Shown: in pieces, positions 40,102-52,463 of the stretch
Position numbering within the stretch: the stretch's first letter is position 1
How the letters are laid out: each line of letters starts with the position of its first letter
Origin: an uncultured Actinomycetota bacterium
GTDB taxonomy: Bacteria; Actinomycetota; Actinomycetes; JAHEKZ01
DNA length: 64,000 nt
Assembly: GCA_963743915.1 (NCBI GenBank)
Contig: CAVURN010000002.1
Coordinates: 593,551-657,550, forward strand
Direction of reading: 5' to 3'
The notes under the pieces: model-generated
Seen by the model: the letters and a program-made list of their open reading frames with translations, nothing else
The model's database searches: none
What the model was told of the DNA's origin: nothing
Made by a program: the position numbers and the translations under genes

Positions 40102-40865
40102 GCACGTACCTGCCGCCACAGCACGGCGCCTGGGCCTTCTTGGCGCTGCCGCTCGTGCTCGGGTTCATCGTGACGCCGTGGACTCCGCTGTTGCTTGTTC
40201 TGGCAATGGCCTGGATTGCCGCCTATCCGCTGTCGTACGCCGCGTTCGGCCTCGTCCGGGCCAAGCGCCCCCAACGCTTTCGCGCGCCCTTCCTCCTTTG
40301 GTGTGCGGTCGTCGTGCCAGCTGTGGTCGTCCTACTGGTGTGGCGTCCCTGGCTGCTGTGGGTGGGCCTCGGATACGCCGTTCTGTTCGCCGTCAACCTC
40401 GCCTACGCGCGTCGCAACAACGAACGAGCTCTCACCAACGACGTCGTATTCGTCATCGAGTGCGCGGCAATGGTGCCCGTGACATGGGCGGTGGGGGCAG
40501 GAGGCAAGTCATGGACGCCACCGAGCTTCGGTGAGGTGCCTGACGATGTATGGATCCTCACCTTGGTCTGCGCGCTCGTGCTGCTCGGCTCGACACTGCA
40601 CGTGAAGTCATTGATTCGCGAGCGCCGGGACCCACGGTACGCACGAGCATCGCTCGTCGTTGCCTCTCTCTCCGTGCTTACGGCCGTGGTCCTGGCGGTC
40701 TGGTGGGAGTGGCCCTCTGGTGCCTGGCTGATCGCACCATTTGCTGTGCTCGCCGTTCGGGCGTTTGCAGTACCTGGTCGATCAATGCGTCCCGGAGCGA
40801 TCGGCATGATCGAACTCGCCTGCTTCGTGCTGGTGGCCGTGTCGGCGGTTCTCGCCGCCACATAG
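40098..40865 (+). CDS. YwiC-like family membrane protein
   Basis: MSTYLPPQHGAWAFLALPLVLGF, then about 8 TM segments. Confidence 0.78.
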   Translation: MSTYLPPQHGAWAFLALPLVLGFIVTPWTPLLLVLAMAWIAAYPLSYAAFGLVRAKRPQRFRAPFLLWCAVVVPAVVVLLVWRPWLLWVGLGYAVLFAVNLAYARRNNERALTNDVVFVIECAAMVPVTWAVGAGGKSWTPPSFGEVPDDVWILTLVCALVLLGSTLHVKSLIRERRDPRYARASLVVASLSVLTAVVLAVWWEWPSGAWLIAPFAVLAVRAFAVPGRSMRPGAIGMIELACFVLVAVSAVLAAT

Positions 40866-41035
40866 GGCCTGCGACGACTCAGGTGCGCCGGCACCACAGA
40901 GGACCTACCGGCCAGGTCTTCACCGCGGGGTCAACCAATGCGGGTCCGGCTGGCCTTGACGGCCCGGGCGGAGTTGTGGGGGGTCCACAACCCCCGGAAA
41001 CCGGGTGCATCAGCGGTTCACCTACCCTGCGGGGC

Positions 41036-42222
41036 ATGCCGTCCCCACGGGCCAGCGCCGCCACCGTGCGCCGGATCGAGCGCGCCTCCGGCCAGCTCGC
41101 CAGCGAGGCGATGGCCCGCGTCGAGGCGTCACTCCCCTGGTTCCGCGCGATGTCGGCCGAGGACCGCTCCTGGATCACGCTGGTCGCACAGGCGGGCATC
41201 GGCGCCTTCGTCGCCTGGAGCCGGCGGCCGGACGCCGCACGCGCCATCACCGCCGAGGTGTTCGGCTCCGCGCCGCGCGAGCTGGCCCGCGTGGTCACGC
41301 TGCAGCAGACCGTCGAGCTGGTGCGGACCACGATCGAGGTCGTCGAGGAGCACTCCGCCGAGCTCGCCGCCCCCGGGGACGAGGCACAGCTGCGTGAGGC
41401 GGTGCTGGTCTTCGCCCGCGAGGTGGCCTTCGCCGCCGCCGAGGTCTACGCCCAGGCAGCCGAGGTGCGGGGCGCCTGGGATGCCCGGCTGGAGTCGCTG
41501 CTGGCCGACGCCGTCATGCGCGGCGACGTCGGCGACGACGACCTCTCGCGAGCCGCCGCACTGGGCTGGTCGCGCGCGCCCGCATGTGTTCGCCATGGCC
41601 GGCACGACGCCGGACGCCACCGCCGCGACGGTCGTCGACGCGCTCCGGCGCGCCGCACGTCACAACGGGCTGGACGCGGTCAGCGGCGTCCACGGCCACG
41701 AGCTGATCTGCGTGCTGGGCGGCACGCTCGGGGAGGCCCTCGACCCGCTTCCTGCGGCGTCGGCACTGGTCGCCCAGTTCGGCCCCGGCCAGGTCGTCGT
41801 CGGACCGGTCGTCGACGACCTCACGCGGGCCGTCCGTTCGGTCGCGGCGGCCCGAGCCGGCCTGCGCGCCGCAGCCGGGTGGCCGGATGCGCCACGCCCG
41901 GTGCTCCGCCGACGCCCTGCTCCCCGAGCGGGCGCTCGACGGTGACGCCGAGGCGCGTCGCACGCTCGTGCAGCACGTCTACCGACCACTCGCCGAGGCC
42001 GGAGGCGGGCTGTTGGAGACCGCGGCCGCGGTGCTCGAGCAGTCCCCGTCGCTGGAGGCCGCCGCCCGGGCGCTCTTCGTCCACGCCAACACCGTCCGCT
42101 ACCGGCTCCGCAGGATCACCGACGTCAGCGGGCTGGTCCCCACCGAGCCTCGCGACGCCTTCACCTTGCGGGTGGCCCTGACCCTTGGCCGACTCGACGA
42201 GCACCCACCGCCGATCTTGTAG
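41036..42222 (+). pseudogene. PucR/CdaR family transcriptional regulator (Rv2242-like), two +1 frameshifts (about 41577 and about 41903)
   Basis: Three frames read in series: MPSPRASAATVRRIERASGQLASEAM...AALGWS / ...HVFAMAGTTPDATAATVVDALRRAA...GWPDAPRPV / [14 protein letters not shown]...[21 protein letters not shown] (PucR C-terminal HTH). Confidence 0.85.
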
Positions 42223-42299
42223 GAATCCCACAACGCAACCCCTCGGGCTTGGTTCGCGCCGGTACCGGTTCCCGACGCGCGGTGGGGCAGAGTGGCTCC

Positions 42300-43485
42300 G
42301 TGCTCGTCATCGTCGCGCCCGGTCAGGGCGCCCAGGCTCCCGGCTTCCTCTCCCCCTGGCTCGAGCTGCCCGGATTCGAGGAGCGCCTCCAGTGGCTCGC
42401 CGCGGTGGCAGACCTCGATCTGCTGCACTTCGGCACCGAGGCTGACGCCGACACCATCCGGGACACCGCCGTCGCCCAGCCGCTGCTGGTGGCGTCCGGA
42501 CTGGTCTCGCTGCTCAGCCTCTTCCCCCATCCGGCCGACGCGTTCGGCAAGGTGGGCGTCGGCGCCGGTCACTCGGTCGGTGAGATCACCGCCGCCGCAG
42601 CCGCCGGCGTCATGTCGGCCGAGCAGGCGATGGTCTTCGTCCGCGAACGCGGCAAGGCCATGAAGGCCGCGGCAGCCGTCACCGAGACCGGGATGACCGC
42701 CGTCCTCGGCGGTGACCAGGAGACCGTCGTCGCGGCCATCGAGAAGCACGGCCTCACCGCTGCGAACATCAACGGTGCCGGCCAGATCGTCGCCGCAGGC
42801 ACGACCGAGGACCTCGCACGCTTCCACGACGATCCCCCCGAGGGGACACGGCTCCGCCCGCTCTCGGTGGCAGGTGCGTTCCACACCCAGCACATGGCAC
42901 CGGCGGTCAGCACCCTCGCCGGGTACGCACGAGCCATCTACACGCACGACGCCCGCACCCGCCTGCTGTCGAACGCCGACGGTGGCGTCGTCCAGACCGG
43001 CCGCGAGTACCTCGCCCACCTGGTGCAACAGGTCTCCAGCCCGGTCCGGTGGGACCTGTGCATGCAGACCATGACCGACCTCGGCGTGACGGCGCTGATC
43101 GAGGTGCCGCCGGCGGGGACGCTGGCCGGCCTCGCCAAGCGGGCCATGCCCGGCGTCGAGGTCGTGGCGCTCAAGACACCCGACGACCTCGAGGCCGCCC
43201 GCGACCTCGTCGAACGTCACGGGACGCCCAGCCTGCTCGACTCCTCACCGTCCTGGCGGATGCTGGTCGCCCCGGCCAAGGGCATGTTCCGACGCGGCGT
43301 CGCCGCCGTCGGCGACGATCTCGAGCCTGGAGCCATCGCGGGCGTCGTCGCCACCAACCGGGGCGAGCAGCCGGTCGTCGCCCCGCACGGAGGAACCGTC
43401 GTCGAGTGGCTCGTCGAGGACGGCGACCCCGATCTCGCCCGGGCAGCCGGTCGTCCGCCTGCACCCGCACGAAGGTCTGTCGTGA
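42300..43485 (+). CDS. fabD: malonyl-CoA-ACP transacylase with a C-terminal extension of about 90 aa resembling a lysine-less biotinyl/lipoyl domain; probable frameshift in the last 17 codons (about 43432)
   Basis: [23 protein letters not shown] and AFHT mark FabD. There is no stop after ...DLVERHG; the frame continues [14 protein letters not shown]...[19 protein letters not shown]. Deleting one base gives ..[17 protein letters not shown] with a GTGA overlap onto fabH. Confidence 0.8.
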
Positions 43486-44487
43486 GCGCACCGCTCAGCC
43501 CTCGTCCCGGTGCCCCGTTCGCGCGGATCCTGGGCGTCGGTGGCTACCGTCCCGCGCGCGTCGTCACCAACGACGACATCTGCCAGTACATCGACTCCTC
43601 CGACGAGTGGATCCGTGAGCGCTCCGGGATCGTCACCCGTCACTTCGCCGACGCCGACGAGACGGTGGTCGACATGTCCGCGGCGGCCGCCGGCCAAGGC
43701 GCTCGCGGCCGCAGGCGTCGCCGCCGACCAGATCGACACCGTGATCGTCAGCACCGTCACCCACCTGACGCAGACGCCGTCCGCCGCTGCGGAGCTCGCC
43801 TTCCGGCTCGGCACCAAGGCCCCTGCCGCGTTCGACCTCAGCGCTGCGTGCGCCGGCTTCAGCTACGGCCTCGCGATCGCCCAGGACCTCATCCGGGGTG
43901 GCAGCGCGACCCACGTGCTGGTCGTCGGCGTCGAGAAGCTCTCGGACCTCACCGACCCCACCGACCGCAGCATCGCGTTCATCTTCGGCGACGGTGCGGG
44001 AGCGGTCGTCGTCGGGCCGTCCGACACCCCCGGCATCGGGCCGGTCATCTGGGGGTCGGACGGCGAGCAGACCGAGGCCATCACGCAGGACTTCACGTGG
44101 AACGTGCTGCGGGACGACCCCGGTCACAAGTTTCCCTCGCTGCGCATGAACGGCCAACAGGTGTTCCGCTGGGCGGTCTTCGAGATCGCCAAGGTCGCGC
44201 AGGAGGCACTCGACGCCGCAGGCATCACCTCAGAGCAGCTCGACGTCTTCATCCCGCACCAGGCCAACATGCGGATCACCGACGCGATGAAGAAGAAGCT
44301 CAATCTGCCGGACCGGGTGGTCGTCGCGAGGGACATCGCCGAGACGGGAAACACCTCGGCGGCGTCGATCCCGCTCGCGATGGGCCGCATGCTCGAAGAG
44401 GGTCAGATCAAGAAGGGCGACGTCGCGCTGCTCATCGGCTTCGGCGCCGGACTCGTCTACTCCGCGCAGGTCGTCGTCGTGCCATAG
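43482..44487 (+). pseudogene. fabH: beta-ketoacyl-ACP synthase III, one frameshift at about 43693
   Basis: The N-terminal frame reads [50 protein letters not shown]...DMSAAAAG. The +1 frame reads [23 protein letters not shown]...DLSAACAGF...IPHQANMRI...GNTSAASIP. The 1006 nt is 335 codons plus 1. Confidence 0.9.
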
Positions 44488-44554
44488 TCGTCCCGACCTC
44501 CCGCCTCCGCGGGAACAACCAGCAGATGCCAGTCACCGATCACAAGGAGCTCCC

Positions 44555-44800
44555 ATGGCGGACCAGCAGGAGATTCTCAGCGGCCTCGCTGAGATCGTGA
44601 ACGAGGTCGCGGGTGTGCCCGTGGACAGCGTTCAGCTCGACAAGGCTTTCACCGACGACCTGGACATCGACTCGCTGTCCATGGTCGAGGTGGTCGTGGC
44701 CGCCGAGGAGAAGTTCGGCGTCAAGATCCCCGACGACGACGTCAAGGACCTCCGCACCGTCGGCGATGCCGTCTCGTACATCGCGCAGGCCGGGGCCTGA
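44555..44800 (+). CDS. acpP: acyl carrier protein
   Basis: 81 aa with [11 protein letters not shown] (phosphopantetheine Ser). Confidence 0.93.
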   Translation: MADQQEILSGLAEIVNEVAGVPVDSVQLDKAFTDDLDIDSLSMVEVVVAAEEKFGVKIPDDDVKDLRTVGDAVSYIAQAGA

Positions 44801-44803
44801 ACC

Positions 44804-46068
<1,265 letters not shown>

Positions 46069-46072
<4 letters not shown>

Positions 46073-47505
46073 CCACGACCGAACCGGCCCCGGCGCCCGC
46101 CAGGAAACCGAAGATCCCCCGCGAGGACGATCCCCGCAACCCGAACAAGCGGCTGCGCGCGCTGTTCGACGACGGGACGTTCGTCGCGCTCACCGCCGAC
46201 GGTGACTCCGGAATGCTCGCCGGCCACGGCCTCGTCCGCGGCACGCATGCAGTGGCCTTCGCGTCGGACGCCACCGTCATGGGCGGCGCCATGGGTGCCG
46301 AGGGCTGCAAGGTCATCCTCGCCGCCTACGCCCGTGCCCTCGCCGACGACATCCCGGTGATCGGGCTGTGGCACTCCGGCGGCGCGCGGCTGGCTGAAGG
46401 CGTCGTCTCGCTGCACGCCGTCGGCGAGGTCTTCAACATCATGACCCGCGCGTCCGGTCGCATCCCCCAGATCTCCGTCGTGCTCGGGGCAGCGGCCGGC
46501 GGTGCCGCCTACGGCCCCGCACTCACCGACATCGTGATCCTTGGTCCCAACGGACGCGTCTTCGTCACCGGGCCCGATGTCGTCCGCTCCGTCACCGGCG
46601 AGGACGTCGACATGGCGCGCCTCGGAGGCGCGGAGCCCCATGCGCGTCGCAGCGGTGTCGTGCACATCGCCACCGAGACCGACGAGGACGCCCTGGCCAA
46701 GGCTCGGGCGCTCACCTCGCTGCTCGGCGCCCAGGGTGAGCTCGAGGCCAGCACGCCGGTCGTCGACGTCGACCTCTCCGAGCACCTGCCGGAGTCGGCC
46801 AAGCGCGCCTACGACGTCCACCCTCTCGTCGACCACCTGCTCGACGAGGGCTCTGCCGTCGAGCTGCACGAGCGCTGGGCTCCCAACATCGTCACCACGC
46901 TCGGACGGCTCGGAGGACGGACCGTCGGCGTCATCGCCAACAACCCCCTGCGGCTCGGGGGCTGCCTCGACTCCCCCTCCGCCGAGAAGGCCGCGCGTTT
47001 CGTGCGGATGTGTGACGCGTTCGGCGTGCCCCTCGTCGTCGTGGTCGACGTACCGGGCTACCTGCCCGGGGTGGGTCAGGAGTGGGAAGGCGTCGTCCGG
47101 CGTGGCGCCAAGCTGCTGCACGCCTTCGCCGAGGCCGTCGTCCCACGTGTCACGGTGGTCACGCGCAAGGCCTACGGCGGTGCGTACATCGCCATGAACG
47201 CCCGCGCTCTCGGCGCAACCCGGGTGTTCGCCTGGCCCTCAGCCACCGTGGCGGTCATGGGCTCGATCGCAGCGGTCCGCATCCTGCACCGACGCCGGCT
47301 CGCCGAGCTGCCCGAGGACATTCGCGCCGAGGTCGAGCAGGAGCTCGCCGACGAGCACGAGCTCATCGCCGGCGGCATTGAGAAGGCGAAGGCGCTCGGT
47401 GTCGTCGACGAGGTCATCGAGCCCTCGGCGACACGCTCGGCGCTGGCCGCCGCCATCGTCGCCGCCGCGCCGCTCCGCGGCCGCCACGGCAACATCCCCC
47501 TCTGA
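46069..47505 (+). CDS. acyl-CoA carboxylase carboxyltransferase beta subunit (AccD6-like)
   Basis: GTGA overlap with fabF. DATVMGGAMG, ISVVLGAAAGGAAYGPAL, VVDVPGYLPG and KAYGGAYIAM. Confidence 0.9.
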
Positions 47506-47562
47506 CTGAGCGATCATTCAGAAACGCCGCGGGGGTGGGCGTCTCACCCGTACCGTCCTCGC

Positions 47563-49591
47563 ATGAACCGCAAGAGAGAAGCCTTCCCGCGAGGGGGACG
47601 AGCGCTCGGTGCGGCACTGATCATCGGCGTGATGACGGTGTCGCTGGCCGCGACGGCCTTGAGCACGTCCGCCACCGCCTCCCCCGCCCCACCCTCGGGT
47701 GTTCCCGCAGGGCTGGAGAAGTGCACCCAGGCGCTCGCTGCCTGGTGCGGCGAGCTCGAGGTGCCGCTGGACCGCACGGGACGCACGCCCGGCACGACCA
47801 CGGTCCGCTTCCAGTACTACCCGGCAACGGGAAGGACCGTGCCGGTGGGAACGGTCGTGGCGCACGAGGGTGGTCCGGGATACGCGACCACGGACAGTGC
47901 CTCGTCGTTCCTGGAGCTGCTCGAGCCGTTGCGCACTGACCGCGCCATCCTGCTGGTGGACGCACGCGGGACCGGCTGGAGCGATCCCCTCGACTGTCCC
48001 GAGGCGCAGGCCTACTCCGGTGACTGGGTGGAGAACGCCACGCATCTGCGGTCAACGACTCGGACCGTCCAGCGACCTGTACACCACGGCGAACGCTGCC
48101 GCCGACATGGCCGACGTGCTCGCCTTCCTCGGCATCGGCAAGGTGGACCTCTACGGCGACAGCTACGGGTCCTTCTTCGCGCAGACCTTCACCGCGCGCT
48201 ACCCCCAGCTGGTCCGCAGCGCGGTCTTCGACGGCACCTACCCGATCGAGGGGCTCGACCCCTGGTACGCGACGACGGCGGACCGCCTGCGCGAGAACCT
48301 GCAGCTCCTCTGTGCCCGCGCCTCCACCTGCCCGGTCGAGTCCGACGAGATGGTCGGTCTGCTGGCCGAGGCTGTCCGCGCCGTGCGGGATCGGCCGGTC
48401 ACCACCACGGCGCCGGACGCCTACGGCTACGACGTCCGCGTCACGCTCACGCCCCGACGCATCCTCGACACGTTGCTCTACAGCGACACCACCCCGGGCT
48501 ACGTCCGCGCGATCCCCGCCGCGCTCGTGGCGTTCGTCAACGACAACCCCCTGCCGCTCGCCAGGATGGTTGCCGAGGTCGAGGGTGCCAGCACCGATGC
48601 TTCACCCGGCAAGATGGCGATCCCGCGTCCCAACGACGAGCTGCGGAGCTTCTCCGAGGGCGCCTATCTGGCCTATGCCTGCTCGGACTACCCGCAGCTC
48701 TGGGACAAGTCCGCCGGACGCGCCGCGCGGGAACGCCAGTTCAGCAGTGCAGTAGCTGCACTGAACCCAGCCGTGTCACGTCCCTGGACCCCGCAGGAGT
48801 GGGCGTCGTCGGACTTCTTCGTCTACGACTACTGCATCGGCTGGCCGAAGCCGACGGTGGCCGAACCGCCCTTCCCCGGCGGGCGCTACCCCGACGTCCC
48901 GGTCCTCGTACTCAACGGTGACCTGGACCTGCGGACCGACGTGTACCAGGCGCGTGAGGTGGCACAGAACTTCCCGCGCTCCACCTACGTCGAGATCCCG
49001 CACGCCGGTCATGTCACGGCCATCTTCGATCCCGACGCCTGTGCCGCGGCCATCACCCGTCGCTTCATCCGCACGCTGGATGCCGGCGACACCTCGTGCA
49101 CGGACGACATCCCCGAGCACCGGGTCGTCCAGCGCTTCGCCCCGAAGGCGGCGGGTGTCCCTCAGGCGGCCGTGGCGGGACCCGCCGACAGGTCAACCGC
49201 TCGGGACCGCCGGGCGGCGTACGTCGCAGTCGAGAGCGTCGCGGACGTCGTCGACCGCTGGTACGCCATCCCCGGTTACACGGGGAGCGGCCTCTACGGC
49301 GGCAAGTTCTCGATGTACTCCACCGCTGGGAACCCGTTCACCAACCGGGTGTGGTCACTCAGCCTCAACCACCTGAAGTGGGTCCGCGACATCCAAGTCA
49401 CCGGGACCGGCACGATGCAGCGCGGCGACGGTCCGGCGCGGATGGATCTGACGATCCGTGGCCCGGGGACCGACAACGGCGCGCTGACGCTGACCTGGCG
49501 CACCCGGCAGCCGGACGCACAGGTGCACATCACCGGCAAGGTCGGCGGACGTACCGTCGACCTCTCGGCACCCGCCCCGAGCTACTACTAG
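47563..49591 (+). pseudogene. secreted alpha/beta hydrolase (tripeptidyl-aminopeptidase/TAP-like), one +1 frameshift at about 48044
   Basis: Signal peptide ...SLAATALSTSATASPAPP. HEGGPGY is in the first frame; ICGQRLGPSSDLYTT...DLYGDSYGSFFAQ (GxSxG) ...VLNGDLDLRT...HAGH is in the second (ORF 47699..49591). Confidence 0.85.
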
Positions 49592-49618
49592 CGCACGGTG
49601 CCGGTGCTGGACGCGCGA

Positions 49619-49648
49619 AGGCCCCTCCCGCCGCAGCGGAAGGGGCCT
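49619..49648. terminator. hairpin between convergent hydrolase and DUF3145 genes
   Basis: AGGCCCCTCCCGC-cgca-GCGGAAGGGGCCT: a 13-bp stem with one mismatch. Confidence 0.55.
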
Positions 49649-49707
49649 CGTCGCGACCGGACAGGGAAGGGGACTCGTCCGGTCACACCGCTCCAGGCGT
49701 CGATCGG

Positions 49708-50214
49708 CTAGATCACCTGGTGCAGCCAACGGACCGGTGCGCCGTCACCGGCGTACCGAAAGGTCTCGAGCTCGTCGTCCCACGGGCGCCCGAGCAGCTG
49801 GTCGAGCGCGTCGGGCAACGACCCCTTGCCCGCATCGGCGTCGAGCATCGCGAGCCGGATGCGGTCCTCGGGCACCAGGATGTCTCCGTGCAGTCCCATC
49901 ACCGCGTGGAAGATGCCCAGCGTCGGGGTGTACATGTACCGCTCACCCTCGAAGCCCGGCGAGGCCTCCTCGGTGATCTCGTACCGCACGTGCTCCCACC
50001 CCCGCATCGCTGAGGCGAGCGTGGAGGCGGTGCCCGGCGTCCCCTGCCACGACAGCTCGGCGCGGTAGCTGGCGGTCTGCGCCGGTTGCGGCGTCCACTC
50101 GAGGCTGACCTGCCCGCCGAGGACACCGGCGATGGCCCACTCGATGTGCGGGCACAGCGCAGCAGGCGCGGAGTGGACGAACACCACGCCGCGCGTCGTC
50201 GGAGAAAGCGACAT
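49708..50214 (-). CDS. DUF3145 domain-containing protein
   Basis: The ATG at 50214 follows AAGGAGG. VFVHSAPAALCPHIEWAIAGVLG, AELSWQGTPGTASTLASAMRGW and YMYTPTLGIFH. Confidence 0.88.
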   Translation of the reverse strand: MSLSPTTRGVVFVHSAPAALCPHIEWAIAGVLGGQVSLEWTPQPAQTASYRAELSWQGTPGTASTLASAMRGWEHVRYEITEEASPGFEGERYMYTPTLGIFHAVMGLHGDILVPEDRIRLAMLDADAGKGSLPDALDQLLGRPWDDELETFRYAGDGAPVRWLHQVI

Positions 50215-50365
50215 CCCGGCCTCCTTCGTGAGGGTCGCCTTCCCCAGCTCCCTCACCGGTGGACTGCCGGTCCTCGCATTCTGCCCCACGAGCCGGTCGC
50301 GGGCCACCACCGACGCCCCCGGAGTGGCGCCGGTTACCCGCTGGTAGCCCGCCGCCGGTGGACGG

Positions 50366-50852
50366 CTACGAGAGCCAGACGCCGACGGCCCAGACGATGA
50401 CGATCGCGACCCCCGCCAGACCCTGCACCACTGTGCCGACGCCGTAGCCCTGAAGCGCCGCCCAGGTGGTGTCCCAGGCGACGCGGGGGTCCTTCAGCCG
50501 GAGCAGCTCGGCCAGCCAGATCGCGCCGATCGCGCCCACGACCAGGCCCAGCACCGGGATCGTGAAGAAGCCGACGATCGCGCCGACCATGCCGACGAGG
50601 AGGACCCAGGCAGGGCGCACCGGCGCCGGACGCCCGCTTGCTGGTCATCGCCAGCCCGGCCACCGTGCCGACCGCCGCCAGGACCGTCACGACGGCGAAC
50701 GTCGTCCACCGCCAGGTCCCGCCGCCGTCCAGCAGCGCCCAGACGCCGACCGCCGCCCACATCAGCGCCAGCCCCGGCAGCACCGGGACCACCAGGCCCA
50801 CGAGCCCCACGACCAGCACCGCGGCGACGAGGATCTCCAGCCAGGGCGTCAC
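50366..50852 (-). pseudogene. DUF456-like membrane protein, one frameshift at about 50620
   Basis: The first frame reads VTPWLEILVAAVLVVGLVGLVVPVLPG...LAMTSKRASGAG, and the second ...AWVLLVGMVGAIVGFFTIPVLGLVVGAIG... Confidence 0.65.
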
Positions 50853-50945
50853 CGCCCGATCGTCCCACGCACCCACCGGGATGTGCGCTACGCCGAAAGG
50901 GCGCAGACTGGATCCGTGTCACCCACCGAAGAAGCAGACGCCCCC

Positions 50946-52463
50946 GTGAAGCGACGTGTGCTAGTGACTGGTGCGACCGGCTACATCGGCGGACGGCTGG
51001 TGCCCGCGCTGCTCGACGGCGGGCTACCGGTGCGCGCGCTGGCCCGCTCGCCCGAACGGCTGCGCGACATGCCGTGGGCCGACCAGATCGAGATCGTCCG
51101 CGGCGACGCGTCCGTCCCTGCGGACCTCGACCGCGCGATGGCCGACGTGGACGTCGCCTACTACCTGCTGCACTCGCTCGTCGAGGGCGAGGGGTTCGAG
51201 GACACCGAGTCGGCGATGGCCACCACCTTCGGTGACGCCGCGCGTCGCGCCGACGTCCGTCGCATCGTCTACCTCGGCGGGCTGGTGCCGGCCGGCAGCC
51301 GTCCAGCAGCCTCTCGCCGCACCTGCGCTCGCGGGTGAGGGTCGGCGAGATCCTCCGCGAGTCCGGCGTGCCCACGGCCGAGCTGCGGGCCGCCGTCATC
51401 ATCGGCTCCGGATCAGCCTCGTTCGAGATGCTCCGCTACCTGACCGAGCGGCTGCCCGCCATGGTCACGCCGCGGTGGGTGCACAACCGCATCCAGCCGA
51501 TCGCCATCCGCGACGTGCTGCGCTACCTCGTGGCGTCCGCCGAGCTGCCGGATGACGTCAGCCGCGCGTTCGACATCGGCGGACCGGACGTGCTGACCTA
51601 CCGCGACATGATGCAGCGCTACGCGCAGGTGGCCGAGCTGTCGCGTCGCATCATCGTGCCGGTGCCGGTGCTGTCGCCGACGCTGTCGAGCCACTGGGTG
51701 GGCCTCGTCACTCCCGTGCCCAGCTCCATCGCGCGCCCGTTGGTGGAGTCGTTGCGGCACGAGGTGTTCTGCCACGAACACGACATCGCCGACTACGTTC
51801 CAGATCCCGACGGCGGACTGGTCGGCTTCGACCGCGCCGTCGAGCTGGCGCTGCGTCGCATCAAGGACGCCGACGTCGTGACCCGCTGGTCGAACGCCTC
51901 GGTCCGCGGTGCACCGAGCGACCCCTTGCCGAGCGACCCTGACTGGGCCGGTGGCTCGCTCTACACCGACGAGCGCGAGCGCGAGACGACGGCCTCCCCC
52001 GAGGCGCTGTGGCAGGTGATCGAGGGCATCGGCGGACGAGCGCGGGTGGTACTCGTTCCCGCTCGCCTGGGGGGTGCGTGGGCTGCTCGACCGGACCGTC
52101 GGCGGGGTGGGCCTGCGCCGAGGACGGCGCGACCCGGACCGGTTGATGGTCGGCGAGTCGCTCGACTTCTGGCGGGTCGAGGAGCGGCTGCCCGGTGAGC
52201 TGCTGCGGCTGCGCGCCGAGATGCGGGTGCCGGGGCTCGCCTGGCTCGAGCTCGCGATCGAGCGCGACCCGACCACGTACCGGCAGCGGGCCATCTTCCA
52301 CCCGCGTGGACTGTGGGGGCACGCCTACTGGTGGATGGTGTCGCCCTTCCACGGCATCGTCTTCGGCTCGATGGTGCGCAACATCGTCGCAGCCGCCGAG
52401 GCACTGGACGCCGACCCTGAGATGCCGGTGCGTCAGCCGAGCACGTCCGCCCAGGTCGGGTAG
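50946..52463 (+). pseudogene. NAD(P)H-binding SDR-like protein with C-terminal DUF2867 domain, two frameshifts (about 51300 and about 52036)
   Basis: VKRRVLVTGATGYIGGRLVPALL / LSPHLRSRVRVGEILRESGVP...WVHNRIQPIAIRDVL / ERGWYSFPLAWGVRGLLDRTVGGVGLRRGRRDP...DFWRVEE are read in three frames. Confidence 0.8.
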
